A DNA stretch of 64,000 bases, taken from positions 2,822,539 to 2,886,538 of the forward strand of contig CP070695.1 of NCBI GenBank assembly GCA_020353515.1, in the 5' to 3' direction. Made by a program: the position numbers and the translations under genes. The notes beneath the pieces were generated by a model, which searched no databases, had not been told where the DNA came from, and was given only the letters and a program-made list of their open reading frames with translations. Positions 49,167 through 60,226 of this stretch are shown piece after piece. This DNA comes from Candidatus Heimdallarchaeota archaeon. Its GTDB lineage: Archaea > Asgardarchaeota > Heimdallarchaeia > Hodarchaeales > Hodarchaeaceae. The number at the start of each line of letters is the position of its first letter. Position 1 is the first letter of the stretch.

Positions 49167-51353
49167 TTGTTGAAAACGAGGCGCTCCTTTGTGAAACAGA
49201 TCAAAAATCTAATCCTTCTCCTCCTCATAATGCTACAGGTTGTCTTGATCCCCCACACCGGCTTGATGGAGCAACCTCAAAGACAATTTACCGATAGAGA
49301 AACATCGCACTCATCCAACCATTCCAGATTACAAAAGAAAGATACAACTAACGCAGCGTATGAACCTCACTCACCCATAAGCATTATAGGTAATAGTGAT
49401 TTCATCGCTCAAGCTACCGTTGAAAACTGGTCTGGGAATGGAAGCACAAAAAACCCGTACATTATTGAGAGACTAGGGATAGGATCCGAAAATAGAATCT
49501 TAATTCTAATTCTATATACTGATGTCCATTTTCGAATACAGAACTGCTACCTAAACCAGGGGCGAATGGGAATATATTTATTCAGCGTAAAGAATGCACA
49601 GCTATCCAACAACATTGTCATTAACAACAATAAGTACGGAATTCATCTGGAAGACTCGGAAAATAATATTCTGTCAAATAACATTGTCATTAACAACAAT
49701 GAGGAGGGGATTTACCTGCGTGATTCAGCGAAGAATATCCTGGTAAACAATACCATCACCAGGAATTATTATCGTGGAATTGAAGTGAGATACTCAGAGA
49801 ACAATATCGTGACAAATAACACAGTCGTCAACAATCGATTATCGGGATTATGGTTTATCCATTCTCCCAATAACGCCCTCATTGGCAATACATTCACCAA
49901 TAATTTGAACGGGATAATGGTATGGTACTCAAATAACAGCTTTGTGGCGAAAAATACAGTCACCAATAACACTGAGGATGGTATTTATGTTTACGACTCT
50001 TCGAATTGCAAGGTGATTCGGAATCATGTCGCTAACAATAGTAGGAGGGGATTGTGGCTGTTAAGTCTGAGTGAGAATAACACAATCCAATTCAATAACT
50101 TTCAGGCAAATAATGATAGTGTGGTAGACAGTGGGTGGAAAAATATCTTCGAGCAGAACTATTGGAGTGACTGGACGAGTCCTGATGACAATGGAGACGG
50201 GATAGTTGACCAACCCTATCCAATCCATGAAGAGAATGTTGACCCCTATCCATTGGTTGAACCAAACTCAATTCCACCAGGACTAGACCCTCATTTAATA
50301 GCTCTCTATATCACTCCAAATGGGGGTGAAATTCTCCAAGGCACCATTGATATCCAATGGGGAATATTTGATTTAGGGAACCATGAAATGACCTATACAG
50401 TTTCATATTCAGAGAATGGAGGAGGAACATGGACTCAACTGACAACAGGATTAAAAGTCCCGGGTTATAGCTGGGATGTCACAGACATGAATGGCTCCCA
50501 ATATCTTGTTCAGGTCAATGCCAGCTGTACAGAAGGAGCAAGGGTCGAAATCACATCAAGAGCGCCTTTTACCATATACGACAACCACTTCGAGATAAAG
50601 GCATTCACCATCTTGGTGCCTAAGGGAGGAAAAATATACTATGGATCTGTCACGATTCAGTGGACGTCTGCAGTAGACCGTTTTAGCCATGAGGTGAGTT
50701 ATACAGTATCATATTCAGCAGATGATGGTTTTTCCTGGAATACCTTAACAACAAACCTAGTTCATACAACCTATGAGTGGGACACCACCACAGTCATGAA
50801 TGGCTCCCAGTATCTGATCCGTATCAAGGCTCGCTGTTCGGAAGGGAAATCACGGGAAAGCACATCGGCACCCTTTACAATTAAGAATCCACACGCTATT
50901 CAACCACTCACCCTCCTGACGCCTGAGGGAGGAAAAACATACTTTAACCCTATCATAATTCACTGGACTCCAGCAGTAAGCCTCTTCAACCATGAGGTGA
51001 CATATGTGATCTCATATTCAGCAGATAATGGCAACACCTGGAAGACCTTAACATCCAACCTAAATACAACAACCTTTGTCTGGGACAGTAAAACAGAAAA
51101 AGATAGCTCCCAGTATCTTATACAAGTCAATGCCAGCTGTGAGGAGGGGGCATGGTACATAGCCACCTCTAATGCCTTTACGATCGATAATATACCCCGA
51201 ACAACCAATTTTCCGATAGTACAGACTTCAACACATCCCATGCGGACGGATACCCCCCTAAACCTGCTACCTCTACTCCAGCTCCTCAGTCCAGTTGTTA
51301 TCTTAACCTTCCTGGTGACCCTGGTAACCATTATTCGCCGTCAACAGATATGA
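49167..51353 (+). CDS. NosD/beta-helix surface protein with three Ig-like repeats and C-terminal TM
   Basis: WSGNGSTKNPY, NN-rich repeats, NYWSDW, 3x (P.GG...W...Y...YS.D.G.TW...WD...Y.I.V.A.C.EG). Confidence 0.9.
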   Translation: MLKTRRSFVKQIKNLILLLLIMLQVVLIPHTGLMEQPQRQFTDRETSHSSNHSRLQKKDTTNAAYEPHSPISIIGNSDFIAQATVENWSGNGSTKNPYIIERLGIGSENRILILILYTDVHFRIQNCYLNQGRMGIYLFSVKNAQLSNNIVINNNKYGIHLEDSENNILSNNIVINNNEEGIYLRDSAKNILVNNTITRNYYRGIEVRYSENNIVTNNTVVNNRLSGLWFIHSPNNALIGNTFTNNLNGIMVWYSNNSFVAKNTVTNNTEDGIYVYDSSNCKVIRNHVANNSRRGLWLLSLSENNTIQFNNFQANNDSVVDSGWKNIFEQNYWSDWTSPDDNGDGIVDQPYPIHEENVDPYPLVEPNSIPPGLDPHLIALYITPNGGEILQGTIDIQWGIFDLGNHEMTYTVSYSENGGGTWTQLTTGLKVPGYSWDVTDMNGSQYLVQVNASCTEGARVEITSRAPFTIYDNHFEIKAFTILVPKGGKIYYGSVTIQWTSAVDRFSHEVSYTVSYSADDGFSWNTLTTNLVHTTYEWDTTTVMNGSQYLIRIKARCSEGKSRESTSAPFTIKNPHAIQPLTLLTPEGGKTYFNPIIIHWTPAVSLFNHEVTYVISYSADNGNTWKTLTSNLNTTTFVWDSKTEKDSSQYLIQVNASCEEGAWYIATSNAFTIDNIPRTTNFPIVQTSTHPMRTDTPLNLLPLLQLLSPVVILTFLVTLVTIIRRQQI

Positions 51354-51387
51354 TATGTCAGAGATGATGAACAATCCATTCGAGAAA

Positions 51388-51464
51388 ATTCCCCGAAAAT
51401 AAACACAAAACGTACAGAGATTAGACCAACACCACTCTAGGAGAAGCTCCTGACTCCTAAAAGC
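51388..51464 (+). repeat. Dispersed intergenic repeat, degenerate copy
   Basis: CCCCGAAAATAAACACAAAACGTACAGA...GAAGCTCCTGACTCCTAAAAGC. Confidence 0.7.
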
Positions 51465-51530
51465 TATTAATTTGTGTAAATGGTAACACTTATAATACTT
51501 GGTGTGAAAGTACTACCAGGTGTAGTCTAA

Positions 51531-51809
51531 ATGTCAACAGTGAAATTTGCAGAGACAGAAAAATTAAAGCAACTTCAAGCACGATTATACCTCTTAACCA
51601 ATCAGCATTTAACTCAACAGGAAATCTTAGAGTATGCAGTAAATATCCTTACGGAGAATATTGATTTACTTGTTGAAAGGTTACAAGCAGGATCAAAAAC
51701 TTTCACATCAGAGGAAATAAAAAAAATTCAAGCAAAAGCATCCCATTGGGGAGAAGATACCAAAGATCTCTCAAGTACAATCGATGAGACACTCTATGGA
51801 AAGGAATGA
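51531..51809 (+). CDS. Putative antitoxin
   Basis: Small gene overlapping a PIN gene; C-terminal DLSSTIDETLYG. Confidence 0.8.
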   Translation: MSTVKFAETEKLKQLQARLYLLTNQHLTQQEILEYAVNILTENIDLLVERLQAGSKTFTSEEIKKIQAKASHWGEDTKDLSSTIDETLYGKE

Positions 51810-52228
51810 CAATGTCTATCTTAATAGATACAGGCTTTTTCGTAGCGTTGGTTAATAAGGACGACAATAATCATGAAAGAGCGGATAGTTTGCTAGAGGA
51901 GTTATTGACAGGAAAATGGGGAGCACGAATCACAACAGATTATATCCTAGACGAAGCAATAACTGTTACTTGGGCTCGGACAAAGAAAAAAACATTAGTT
52001 AAGGATGTTTACGACCTCTTTCTTGGATCGGAAGCGATCTGCTTATTGCAACCGATCCCTCATGAGTTACTACGTGAGATCTGGAAATATTTTCAACGAT
52101 ACAGCACTCTAAAAAGACCATTGAGTTTTACAGACTGTTCACTCCTCGCGTACGCAAAGGAAAAGGGGATCGATCATCTCCTAAGCTTTGATGAGGAATT
52201 CAATGGACTAATGAGTAGAATCCAGTAA
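51806..52228 (+). CDS. vapC: PIN-domain toxin (VapC-like)
   Basis: IDTGFFVAL, ILDE, LSFTDC, SFDEEF. Confidence 0.92.
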   Translation: MTMSILIDTGFFVALVNKDDNNHERADSLLEELLTGKWGARITTDYILDEAITVTWARTKKKTLVKDVYDLFLGSEAICLLQPIPHELLREIWKYFQRYSTLKRPLSFTDCSLLAYAKEKGIDHLLSFDEEFNGLMSRIQ

Positions 52229-52321
52229 ACAATTCAGAACCAATTATTGGGACTCTACTTGAAATTCATTCCTCCGTAAGCTATCTAATGATAGATTTTA
52301 TGAAATGATCGCATGCCCTGA

Positions 52322-52399
52322 AACTGAAGCTCGTGACTCCTTAAGCCAACTGACGAAAGATTTTTGGGAAAAAACTCAATTTCCACTAAGTCGCCCTTG
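52322..52399 (+). repeat. Dispersed intergenic repeat, right half
   Basis: GAAGCTCGTGACTCCTTAAGCCAACTGACGA...CTCAATTTCCACTAAGTCGCCCTTG. Confidence 0.85.
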
Positions 52400-52669
52400 A
52401 GCGCAGCTCCTCTCGTAATAAGAGTGTCTTCCTCTCATAGATCCAACACGTCTTTGGTTTCTTGTTTATAAACATAAGAGGTTACAATACTAATTGTTAC
52501 GAGTGCTAAAATAACTCCTTTTCGCAAAGTCACTCCTTTCTTCACCATTTGCATCCACCTATTAAAATCAAACTCACATTTTTCACAATGAAATCGCAAT
52601 TACATTCCTGAAAACCCTTTTGAAGTCTAAGATCTTGTTAGGAATGAGTAATCTAGTTCGAGATGAATA

Positions 52670-53689
52670 ATGATGTGGGGAAAGTATACTGCAATTGTCA
52701 CAATCTTATTCCTTATTTTCGGAATGATGATTACCAAGTGCTCAGCTAATGTTCTCCCTGCTTCTGATGATGCTGCAGATGGGGGGTTATTGCCTGACCG
52801 TCTCTCCTTCTCTCAGTGGTTACAGTCGAATCGATCAATCTTTTTGAAAGCGGAAACAATCAATGTTACTTTGGATCAAGAGAAAGCCCATGTAAATGCT
52901 TTATATATACTTAAAAATGAAGCAGTAAACGAAACTTCTCTGGATATTGCATTACCTTTCTCAAGAACTCCCTCAAATGTTCAACTGATGATTGATGGAA
53001 AAGAAAAGACCTATTCTTGGAACGAAATTAAAGAAATTATAGTTCCTCATACTTACCCCGCTACTGATTCCGTTCACTCCATTAATGATCCTAAGGAGTC
53101 TATTGGATTTTCTTTATCTTTCAATGGATCTGAAGAAAAACGAGTTCATGTCATGTATCAGCGTGAGTATACGATAACAGACGGTCTTTACGATCATAAA
53201 ATTGTTTCTGAGTTTCGATACATCATCGGGACTTCTCGCTGGTGGAAATATCCTCTTGAATCAGCTCATTTTGAGTTTTGGGTGTTGAAAAGAACATTCG
53301 ACAAAGGAACTGTAGTAGTTTTAGGTAACCAAATGATATCCCCTAGTGATATCCCCTTTTTCATCAACTCCACAACAAAGGATTATGTGGGTTTGTCAGT
53401 GGATTATAGGAATTGGATGCCTGTTGATCAGGATTTTTTGGTTCTTTATTGGGAGAGAGCGAAACCATTTTTTGATACTCGTTTGGGGACATTAGTACAA
53501 TTGGGGGGTGTTTTTATATCTTGTACTATAGGCTTAATAGGTAGTATTTGGGTAACAAAACGATTTAAGGATCACACCCGAGTCAAATACGTATCTATTC
53601 CTGCGATTATACTCTTCCTACTGCTGACACTCTGGTTTCTCCTGTTAACAGCAATATACGTTTTTTTCATTGGCATTTTCCATTCCTAG
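52670..53689 (+). CDS. Membrane-anchored exported protein (DUF4424-like)
   Basis: Signal peptide, LKAETINV, YIIGTSRWW, two C-terminal TMs. Confidence 0.65.
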   Translation: MMWGKYTAIVTILFLIFGMMITKCSANVLPASDDAADGGLLPDRLSFSQWLQSNRSIFLKAETINVTLDQEKAHVNALYILKNEAVNETSLDIALPFSRTPSNVQLMIDGKEKTYSWNEIKEIIVPHTYPATDSVHSINDPKESIGFSLSFNGSEEKRVHVMYQREYTITDGLYDHKIVSEFRYIIGTSRWWKYPLESAHFEFWVLKRTFDKGTVVVLGNQMISPSDIPFFINSTTKDYVGLSVDYRNWMPVDQDFLVLYWERAKPFFDTRLGTLVQLGGVFISCTIGLIGSIWVTKRFKDHTRVKYVSIPAIILFLLLTLWFLLLTAIYVFFIGIFHS

Positions 53690-53731
53690 AGTGCTAGATG
53701 TCCTAGGTGACAACGAAATTCCGAAAGGTAA

Positions 53732-54148
53732 TTAGCCAACCTCCTGTAAGAGAGTAGGTCGTTCAGACGAAAATTTCGCCTGAAGGGCGTTCTTGTCTGC
53801 GCGATCAAAGGCAGCATGAATATACCCCGATTCCTGAATACCAATTTCGAGAAAATTATAGGTTAATTGGCCATAACAGCTTTGAGAGAACTTAAAGGCA
53901 GTATGGATGTTATCAATAGCAATATGAAATAACCATTCAATAACTACCTTATCTCCCCAACCAGAACCTTTTTTCCTGTTCCAATATCTGCGAATTGTAT
54001 TGGCATCGTTTCTAGTATAGGCGTGGCATTCGATTCGATGATCAGCTCCTAAGACTTCTGCCGGGGAATCAATCCATTGATGCAATTCTTCAAACGCAAA
54101 TCCCGTACACTGCTTGCTAATCGCACAATGTGCTCCTAAATTTGGCAT
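53732..54148 (-). CDS. Hypothetical His-rich protein (DUF6915-like)
   Basis: HCAIS..LHQWID..DHRIECH..HIAID. Confidence 0.6.
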   Translation of the reverse strand: MPNLGAHCAISKQCTGFAFEELHQWIDSPAEVLGADHRIECHAYTRNDANTIRRYWNRKKGSGWGDKVVIEWLFHIAIDNIHTAFKFSQSCYGQLTYNFLEIGIQESGYIHAAFDRADKNALQAKFSSERPTLLQEVG

Positions 54149-54282
54149 GATTAAGACCTACCATTTCTTATTGCACTCTAACTAGCTTTCCTTGGCAATA
54201 TGGACACAAAGATACACCTGATTTGCTACTACTATCATAACAATCCCCACACTCACACCCCAGTGGTTCAATTATTCTGTGG

Positions 54283-55740
54283 TCACAGATAGTTTTTATG
54301 GGTTCTAATAAAATCGATTATTTTGGCTTGCTCAACTTCAGATAATATTTTATTGACATGATTCCAGAGAATTTCTTCCGAATGACTCATGGGAACAACA
54401 ACTTCTTTCAAGCGTGCTTGAACATGGGCGGGGAGCTTTAGTAGATCATAATTGTGCAATGCTTTCTTGTGAAAATCGTCCCCAGAAATTTGAACATTAC
54501 TTACACTCATTGTGAAATTATCTAGAATATCAATGTATATTTCTCGAGTTCCCCACCATGGACGATTGATATTTTGCATTTGACTCCAAAGCCATGTCGC
54601 ATTAAATACGAAGACGTGCTCTAGACGCGTTCTAGCAATTAATGCCTCAATGTCATCTAATAATTTCTCCAGCTCTATTAGGAGACTCTCTATCTCCTCA
54701 GGTTGGTCTTCTTTTATACTTTTAATTAGTTCTCTAAGATTTGTTTTATCGTTCCGTCCCCCAAGTAAGATTATCTTTCCATTGACTTTATGAATTTTTC
54801 TTAGATTTGGGTCGTCTAGCCCCCGAACTCTATACTTCAATGTTCCAATTGAGTGACTTAATGATATATTACAATATTGAATATAGCACGGTATTGAATT
54901 GATTTTAACCAGTGCCCAGTTTGTAGGTGTTGAAGGCCAATGGGCCCAGTTTGTTGGTTTCTCGTAATCCCTAACCTCAATCCCCATTTCATTTAGGATG
55001 TTGTAAAATTCATGCCATAAATTTGGTTCTTTCGTCTTACTAAAAGTCAGTTTGCCTTCTTCATTTACCCTGTTCATTCCATCACTCCTCAGATCGATTT
55101 TCTCAGTAATGGGATGGGATATTTTCAGTGGGGGAATTGGTGGTGGAGGTAGTTCAGTAATTACTTTCTTTATCACCTCTGGGAAATCAACTGATACAAC
55201 AGGTATTGATTGTGTAATTTTTGGTAATGGTTTTACTGTTGGGAGTTTTATTGTGGGTTCAATGGGTTTTTGTGGAACAATTTCTGTGATCATTTTTGGT
55301 TTTATTCTGGGAAGAGGTTTCTGAATGGGTGGTTCTTTGATCGCATTCCATAGGTCTTTAATCTTTAAAACCAATTCAGATTCGTGACTAAGACCAAGTT
55401 CAGCACGCCAAAAGTTCTCAATAAAGCCTTCGAGACAAGGATCTCCAAAGGCAGAAAACTCGATAAAAAATGAGTAATCAGTTCCAGTTTCATATTTGCT
55501 ATAAATTAATCTGGATTTATTAACTCCTTCCAACAAATCAGCTACTGGGAGTTGAGGAAATTGTTTCCTGAAGTCACGGTTAAACTGTTCTATATGCTCC
55601 TTCATGACGAGTGATCTTCTCGGTGGGGTAGGTACTGTTGACTGTGGTTTCTTGCGATACCGCCTAGATAAATACCAATGTAAGACAATCGATGAGAGGA
55701 CTGCCCCTAGGATTTTAAGGAAAAGATCTTCTAGACTCAC
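54283..55740 (-). CDS. Hypothetical protein with N-terminal TM and Pro/Lys-rich linker
   Basis: 485-aa ORF. Confidence 0.7.
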   Translation of the reverse strand: MSLEDLFLKILGAVLSSIVLHWYLSRRYRKKPQSTVPTPPRRSLVMKEHIEQFNRDFRKQFPQLPVADLLEGVNKSRLIYSKYETGTDYSFFIEFSAFGDPCLEGFIENFWRAELGLSHESELVLKIKDLWNAIKEPPIQKPLPRIKPKMITEIVPQKPIEPTIKLPTVKPLPKITQSIPVVSVDFPEVIKKVITELPPPPIPPLKISHPITEKIDLRSDGMNRVNEEGKLTFSKTKEPNLWHEFYNILNEMGIEVRDYEKPTNWAHWPSTPTNWALVKINSIPCYIQYCNISLSHSIGTLKYRVRGLDDPNLRKIHKVNGKIILLGGRNDKTNLRELIKSIKEDQPEEIESLLIELEKLLDDIEALIARTRLEHVFVFNATWLWSQMQNINRPWWGTREIYIDILDNFTMSVSNVQISGDDFHKKALHNYDLLKLPAHVQARLKEVVVPMSHSEEILWNHVNKILSEVEQAKIIDFIRTHKNYL

Positions 55741-55829
55741 TCAGCACTCATCCCAAATGGGTAATCAGTTTGGATTTTACACACAAAGGAATTATTATAG
55801 TTATTCATTATACATTCACTATCGACCAA

Positions 55830-55893
55830 AATTGAAGTTGCTGTCTCCTAAAGCCATTTGACGATAGATTTTGGGAAAAATCTTAATTTCCAC
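55830..55893 (+). repeat. Dispersed intergenic repeat, right half
   Basis: AATTGAAGTTGCTGTCTCCTAAAGCCATTTGACGATAGATTTTGGGAAAAATCTTAATTTCCAC. Confidence 0.8.
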
Positions 55894-55990
55894 AATTTTT
55901 CAGAAAAATTAGCATTTGGGCGATTAGTGGCAGTATCCAATATAAATTTACAAAGAGTTTCTAGCTTAGAGGGAACTTGTAACCGATTTA

Positions 55991-56061
55991 ATTTTCCCGA
56001 AAATAAACAAAAAGCGTACAGACATCAGATCACTGCTCGTGTAATTGAAGTTCCTGACTCC
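55991..56061 (+). repeat. Dispersed intergenic repeat, left half
   Basis: TTTCCCGAAAATAAACAAAAAGCGTACAGACATCAGATCACTGCTCGTGTAATTGAAGTTCCTGACTCC. Confidence 0.85.
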
Positions 56062-56190
56062 GAATGCCCTGAAATTACTGGCAGCACATATCGCTTGGCG
56101 GTACCCTTCCGGATAACCCGTAGACTAGAGGCGCTTACACCCCGTTTTTCTCACAGATCCAACACGAAAAGAAGACTAATTAAAAAAATT

Positions 56191-57879
56191 TCAACTATCT
56201 AATTTTTCATTTAATCGTCTGAGGAACACGAGAAAAGTGCAAAAAAAAGGAAAAAGAAGGAGAAGCCATCCTGGTGATGATGCAGATGATATCGAATGAC
56301 TGGTAGTCATTGAGGTAGTTGTTGAATTAGCAAATAGTTCAATGGAATAACTATCTTTAACCCGCGCCTTATTCTGGAATTCTGACGAATCAATTGTGAG
56401 AATGGTATAACAAATTTCAGAACCAGTCGGAAATGGTCCGATAATACCTTGGTATCGATTATCAGAAGTAAGATTCATTTCAAGAGTCTCTTCATTAGAT
56501 AACAGTATTTCTTCGTTAATAACTTGGTAATGTAAGAACACATTGGATATACCTGATTCATCAGTGATTGTGGCACTAATAATACATTTATCCTCAGCGG
56601 CAGGTGAAAATGGATTTCGTGTGACGTTTATAATATTAGGGGCCACCAGGTCTGTCTCGATAGGAATAGAAGATCCAGAAACAGCAAATTGCAATAATGG
56701 ATGGGGATCAAAAGCGACTGCAGTACCTGGGATGGAGTAAATTCCAATCCCATCATAATCAGACCAGTAGTTCCATCCATAACGACTATTGAACCCTTTG
56801 TCATACGCCTGAGGGGAAGAAGCCGAAGCTCCATTCTCAATAAAGGTATTATGGTGAACAAGGTTGTTTTGGCACAAATCACCATGTTTTTCTAATCCAG
56901 CAATTTGAATTCCATAAAGGTAATTTTTTTGGATCAAGTTCCAACAAATTGTGTTACTAGAGGAACCCGAAAGATGGATGCCGTCCTCATCATTTTGAGA
57001 TAGCGTATTATTAGCAACAAGACACTTGGTTGCGTGTTCAAGGAAGATGCCATGTCTAGTCGTTTGGTTGTTGAAAGTGCTATTAGCGACAACGATAAAA
57101 GCGCAATAATAAACATAGAGGCCTATTCCATTTCGATTACTTGTGTTATTGACTACAATGGAGAATCCTGAAAAACTAGTAGTAATACCATACAGAGGAT
57201 TTGAATTGCAGACATTATGTGATATATGGCAGGAACGTGAATTAGTAATGACAATACCAATCCCATTTTGATTACAGGTGTTATTAGATATAATTGAAGA
57301 GGGAGAATACCCCACATTGATACCATAATGGTTGTTGAAGCACGAATTATTAGTAACAAACGTAGATACGGCTTCCCAAATGATTATCCCAAATCCAATC
57401 CCTTGTGTTTGACAAGAATTGTTCTGAACAGTAGTGGTTCCATTAGTAGTGTTTTTAATTTGAATTCCATAATAAACAGGAGGATATTCCTCTCCATAAG
57501 GTGTCGAAGCTTCAGGGAGAGAAGTAATTTGTTTATAGATCACCAAGATCCAACAGTTCTGAATGACGAAATGTTTGGAGGTCCTACTGATGGCAATACC
57601 ATGCGTCTCAACGGTTGTAATATTCCATCCCTCTAAAATAAATGGATCCTTCTCTGTTCCCAGCCCTCTGGCCGCCACTGCAGCTAGTTCAGTATCAGAA
57701 GTGATACTTATAGGTTCGTGAGGAGTAAGATCATTAGAATATGCTGACTTTTGCGGATGAGACCACTTTGGAGGACGGAGGACATAACCACTCACGAAAA
57801 AAGAGGCCAAAAAAAGGGAACCCAACAATAAAAAGACTCCCATGACCATAATTCGCTTCAACGAAGCCATATCTCCCAC
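56191..57879 (-). CDS. NosD/beta-helix surface protein with SPGW-TM C-terminus
   Basis: GLGTEKDPF, NN repeats, NYWSDY, S/T linker-SSPGW-TM-RR. Confidence 0.88.
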   Translation of the reverse strand: MGDMASLKRIMVMGVFLLLGSLFLASFFVSGYVLRPPKWSHPQKSAYSNDLTPHEPISITSDTELAAVAARGLGTEKDPFILEGWNITTVETHGIAISRTSKHFVIQNCWILVIYKQITSLPEASTPYGEEYPPVYYGIQIKNTTNGTTTVQNNSCQTQGIGFGIIIWEAVSTFVTNNSCFNNHYGINVGYSPSSIISNNTCNQNGIGIVITNSRSCHISHNVCNSNPLYGITTSFSGFSIVVNNTSNRNGIGLYVYYCAFIVVANSTFNNQTTRHGIFLEHATKCLVANNTLSQNDEDGIHLSGSSSNTICWNLIQKNYLYGIQIAGLEKHGDLCQNNLVHHNTFIENGASASSPQAYDKGFNSRYGWNYWSDYDGIGIYSIPGTAVAFDPHPLLQFAVSGSSIPIETDLVAPNIINVTRNPFSPAAEDKCIISATITDESGISNVFLHYQVINEEILLSNEETLEMNLTSDNRYQGIIGPFPTGSEICYTILTIDSSEFQNKARVKDSYSIELFANSTTTSMTTSHSISSASSPGWLLLLFPFFCTFLVFLRRLNEKLDS

Positions 57880-58000
57880 AGATGAATTATTTTGGTTATG
57901 TTATAGAATCATTTCACTTCTTAAATAACTAGCTATCCTATCAGAGTTAATATCAAATTTTCCTCAAAGGGTATATCATGCGATAATAGGGGTCTAAAAA

Positions 58001-58134
58001 CCGAAAATAGAACAACAGCTGACAGAACTCAGCCCGATGCTCGTGTAATTGAAATTAATTGAGATTAATGACTCCTTAAGCCAATTGACGATAGAATTTT
58101 CTAAAAATACTCAATTTCCAATAAGTTGCCCTTG
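58001..58134 (+). repeat. Dispersed intergenic repeat, full-length copy with small internal duplication
   Basis: CCGAAAATAG...TGCTCGTGTAATTGAAATTAATTGAGA...ACTCCTTAAGCCAATTGACGATAG...CTCAATTTCCAATAAGTTGCCCTTG. Confidence 0.85.
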
Positions 58135-58294
58135 TGGCAGCAAGATTCCACATCGATGAATAAGTTTGCACGATGATAGGCCATAGTTTATGGGGAAAAA
58201 AAGAATCAAGAATAATTTCAACACGGGTAACCTCTATTGTGATAAGGGGTATTTTTAAAACATAACATAACGTTTCATTAATTAGGGGAGCAAA

Positions 58295-59329
58295 ATGTGC
58301 TTGAAAAAAGCGACTCAGAAATTAAAAACAAAAGGGAGTTCTCCTCTCCTTGTGGTTCTAGGATTAAATTTAATAGTAATATTAAGTGGGTGTATTCAAA
58401 GTTCACCTGTATTTGACCCAGAACAAGCTGAATTGTACAATCCAATAAGTAACCAAACAGAAAGACTTCGGATTGTGAACCATAATGATTCTGGAAAGAG
58501 TTTTTACCATCAAAACGAGATAGAAATTCTGGTGGGTCTACGGGACACCAAAGGAAATCCAGGCGTGAACTATTCACTACTATTAAAGGTTGTTTATACT
58601 TTTTATGGCGAAACAGAGTCTGAGAATATATCAGATAAATTGGGCATCCTTCTTGTGACGAATGATTCGGGGATTGCCCAATCTACATTCGCTTATGATC
58701 AATACACATGGCCTCATGGCGTGAATACCGAGGGATATTTTGAAATTTCGAGTAACAAGATACCCAATTCAATCGCAATATCATCAATATTTACCTTTAC
58801 TTACTATCATAGCCAGATTTCCCGTAATTCAACTTCTGAAGGAGGAGTAGAAGTCATTTACAATTTTGAAAACAGGAGTCTATATGAGGAAGCAATCTCA
58901 CTAGGAAATGACAGTAATGATTTTGTAGATTGGACAAAGACTTATGGAGAATATTATCCTCCAATTATCAATGCAGCAAGAATTAACACCCACTCCCGAC
59001 TTGTAGGTGCTCCCTATATTGAGTTTATGTACAAAGCCTGGGCTTTCTATTTCGATCCTCTGAACCTATCCTATCAGCAAATTAGAGCGACATGGAAAGA
59101 ATATATCAAGGTAGGATTAAATGATTTTTCTGAGGATGACTGGTTATCAACAGGATCTCTCTCAAGGGTTAACGTATCAAGTGGATGGTTAATCCTTCAG
59201 TATATGTACGAAAGTTATTTTGTAAATGGACTTGAGGGAGGAATTGACTGGTGGTATCAAATCGCAATCTTAGATGATGATTTTCACCTCAAATGGCTTC
59301 TATTTCGATTTGATTATGTAGAATCCTAA
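58295..59329 (+). CDS. Putative lipoprotein
   Basis: Hydrophobic signal ending in LSGC lipobox. Confidence 0.65.
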   Translation: MCLKKATQKLKTKGSSPLLVVLGLNLIVILSGCIQSSPVFDPEQAELYNPISNQTERLRIVNHNDSGKSFYHQNEIEILVGLRDTKGNPGVNYSLLLKVVYTFYGETESENISDKLGILLVTNDSGIAQSTFAYDQYTWPHGVNTEGYFEISSNKIPNSIAISSIFTFTYYHSQISRNSTSEGGVEVIYNFENRSLYEEAISLGNDSNDFVDWTKTYGEYYPPIINAARINTHSRLVGAPYIEFMYKAWAFYFDPLNLSYQQIRATWKEYIKVGLNDFSEDDWLSTGSLSRVNVSSGWLILQYMYESYFVNGLEGGIDWWYQIAILDDDFHLKWLLFRFDYVES

Positions 59330-59352
59330 TGTCAAGAAATTCAGTCAGTCAA

Positions 59353-59427
59353 ATTTCCCTCCGAAAATAGCAATGAAGCGTACAAACATCAGACCGAATG
59401 CTCGTTAATTGAAGCTAACGACTCCTT
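59353..59427 (+). repeat. Dispersed intergenic repeat, left half
   Basis: TCCGAAAATAGCAATGAAGCGTACAAACATCAGACCGAATGCTCGTTAATTGAAGCTAACGACTCCTT. Confidence 0.85.
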
Positions 59428-59566
59428 TTAGGGTGTGCAAGTTTTCGGAAAAAATGAGCATAGAACTAAGTCGAATGCTCAGAATTGTGGAAAATTAAAA
59501 AGAAGTGAGAACAAAAATAAGATATTATCCGCTTTTTGTATAAAAAATTATATGTGAGAAATAAAA

Positions 59567-60226
59567 TCAAAGATCCATCTCTTCAATCAAATCGATCTTT
59601 CCAATTCCGCCCCTAATTCTTTTCCCTGTTATCGGATCTTTCATAGCCATCAAATGAAACATAAAACTATCATTAAAACGAGTTGAAACATTACTTCGTG
59701 CAAACTCTTTCTCTACGGAAATATGTATTACTCTCCCACATACGGTGATATTGGTGCTTCCTGGTATCAATTCCTTTTCCCATTCAAACTGACATTCAAG
59801 TTTTAAGAAGCTTTCTTTAATTCTTGGGATCATCATAGTTTCTGCTTTCTCTAGAGTAAATCCCGAATTTCTGATTTCATCAGTCTCAATTTCATTCTCC
59901 GAAATTGTTTTTTTGATTTGGTCTATATATTTGGAGGACAAAAAGTTTACACAAAAAATTCTATCTCTTTTAATATTCTGATAGGTATGACTGCTTTTTA
60001 ATAATCCTGATATTATTACGAAATAATTATCTCCTTCTCCCGTAAAACTAGACCAACCTTCCAACGCAGCGTTCGGAGTCCCATCTTCTTTAAAAGTAGT
60101 AACTAGGTAAATTACATGAGGGATAGATGCTATATAAGCCATCCACGGTATAATCTGATATTGACCGTCCCAATCTTCAGTAAAATTATCAGGTTTTTTT
60201 TCATTGTATTCAAAATACATTTTCAA
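59567..60226 (-). CDS. Flavin reductase-like protein
   Basis: LVTT..DGTPNAA, HTYQNI, FCVN, PRIKES..LEC. Confidence 0.9.
   Translation of the reverse strand: MKMYFEYNEKKPDNFTEDWDGQYQIIPWMAYIASIPHVIYLVTTFKEDGTPNAALEGWSSFTGEGDNYFVIISGLLKSSHTYQNIKRDRIFCVNFLSSKYIDQIKKTISENEIETDEIRNSGFTLEKAETMMIPRIKESFLKLECQFEWEKELIPGSTNITVCGRVIHISVEKEFARSNVSTRFNDSFMFHLMAMKDPITGKRIRGGIGKIDLIEEMDL

Noticed and set aside
55858-56202. 114-aa plus-strand ORF
   Set aside because: Runs through two repeat copies; likely incidental
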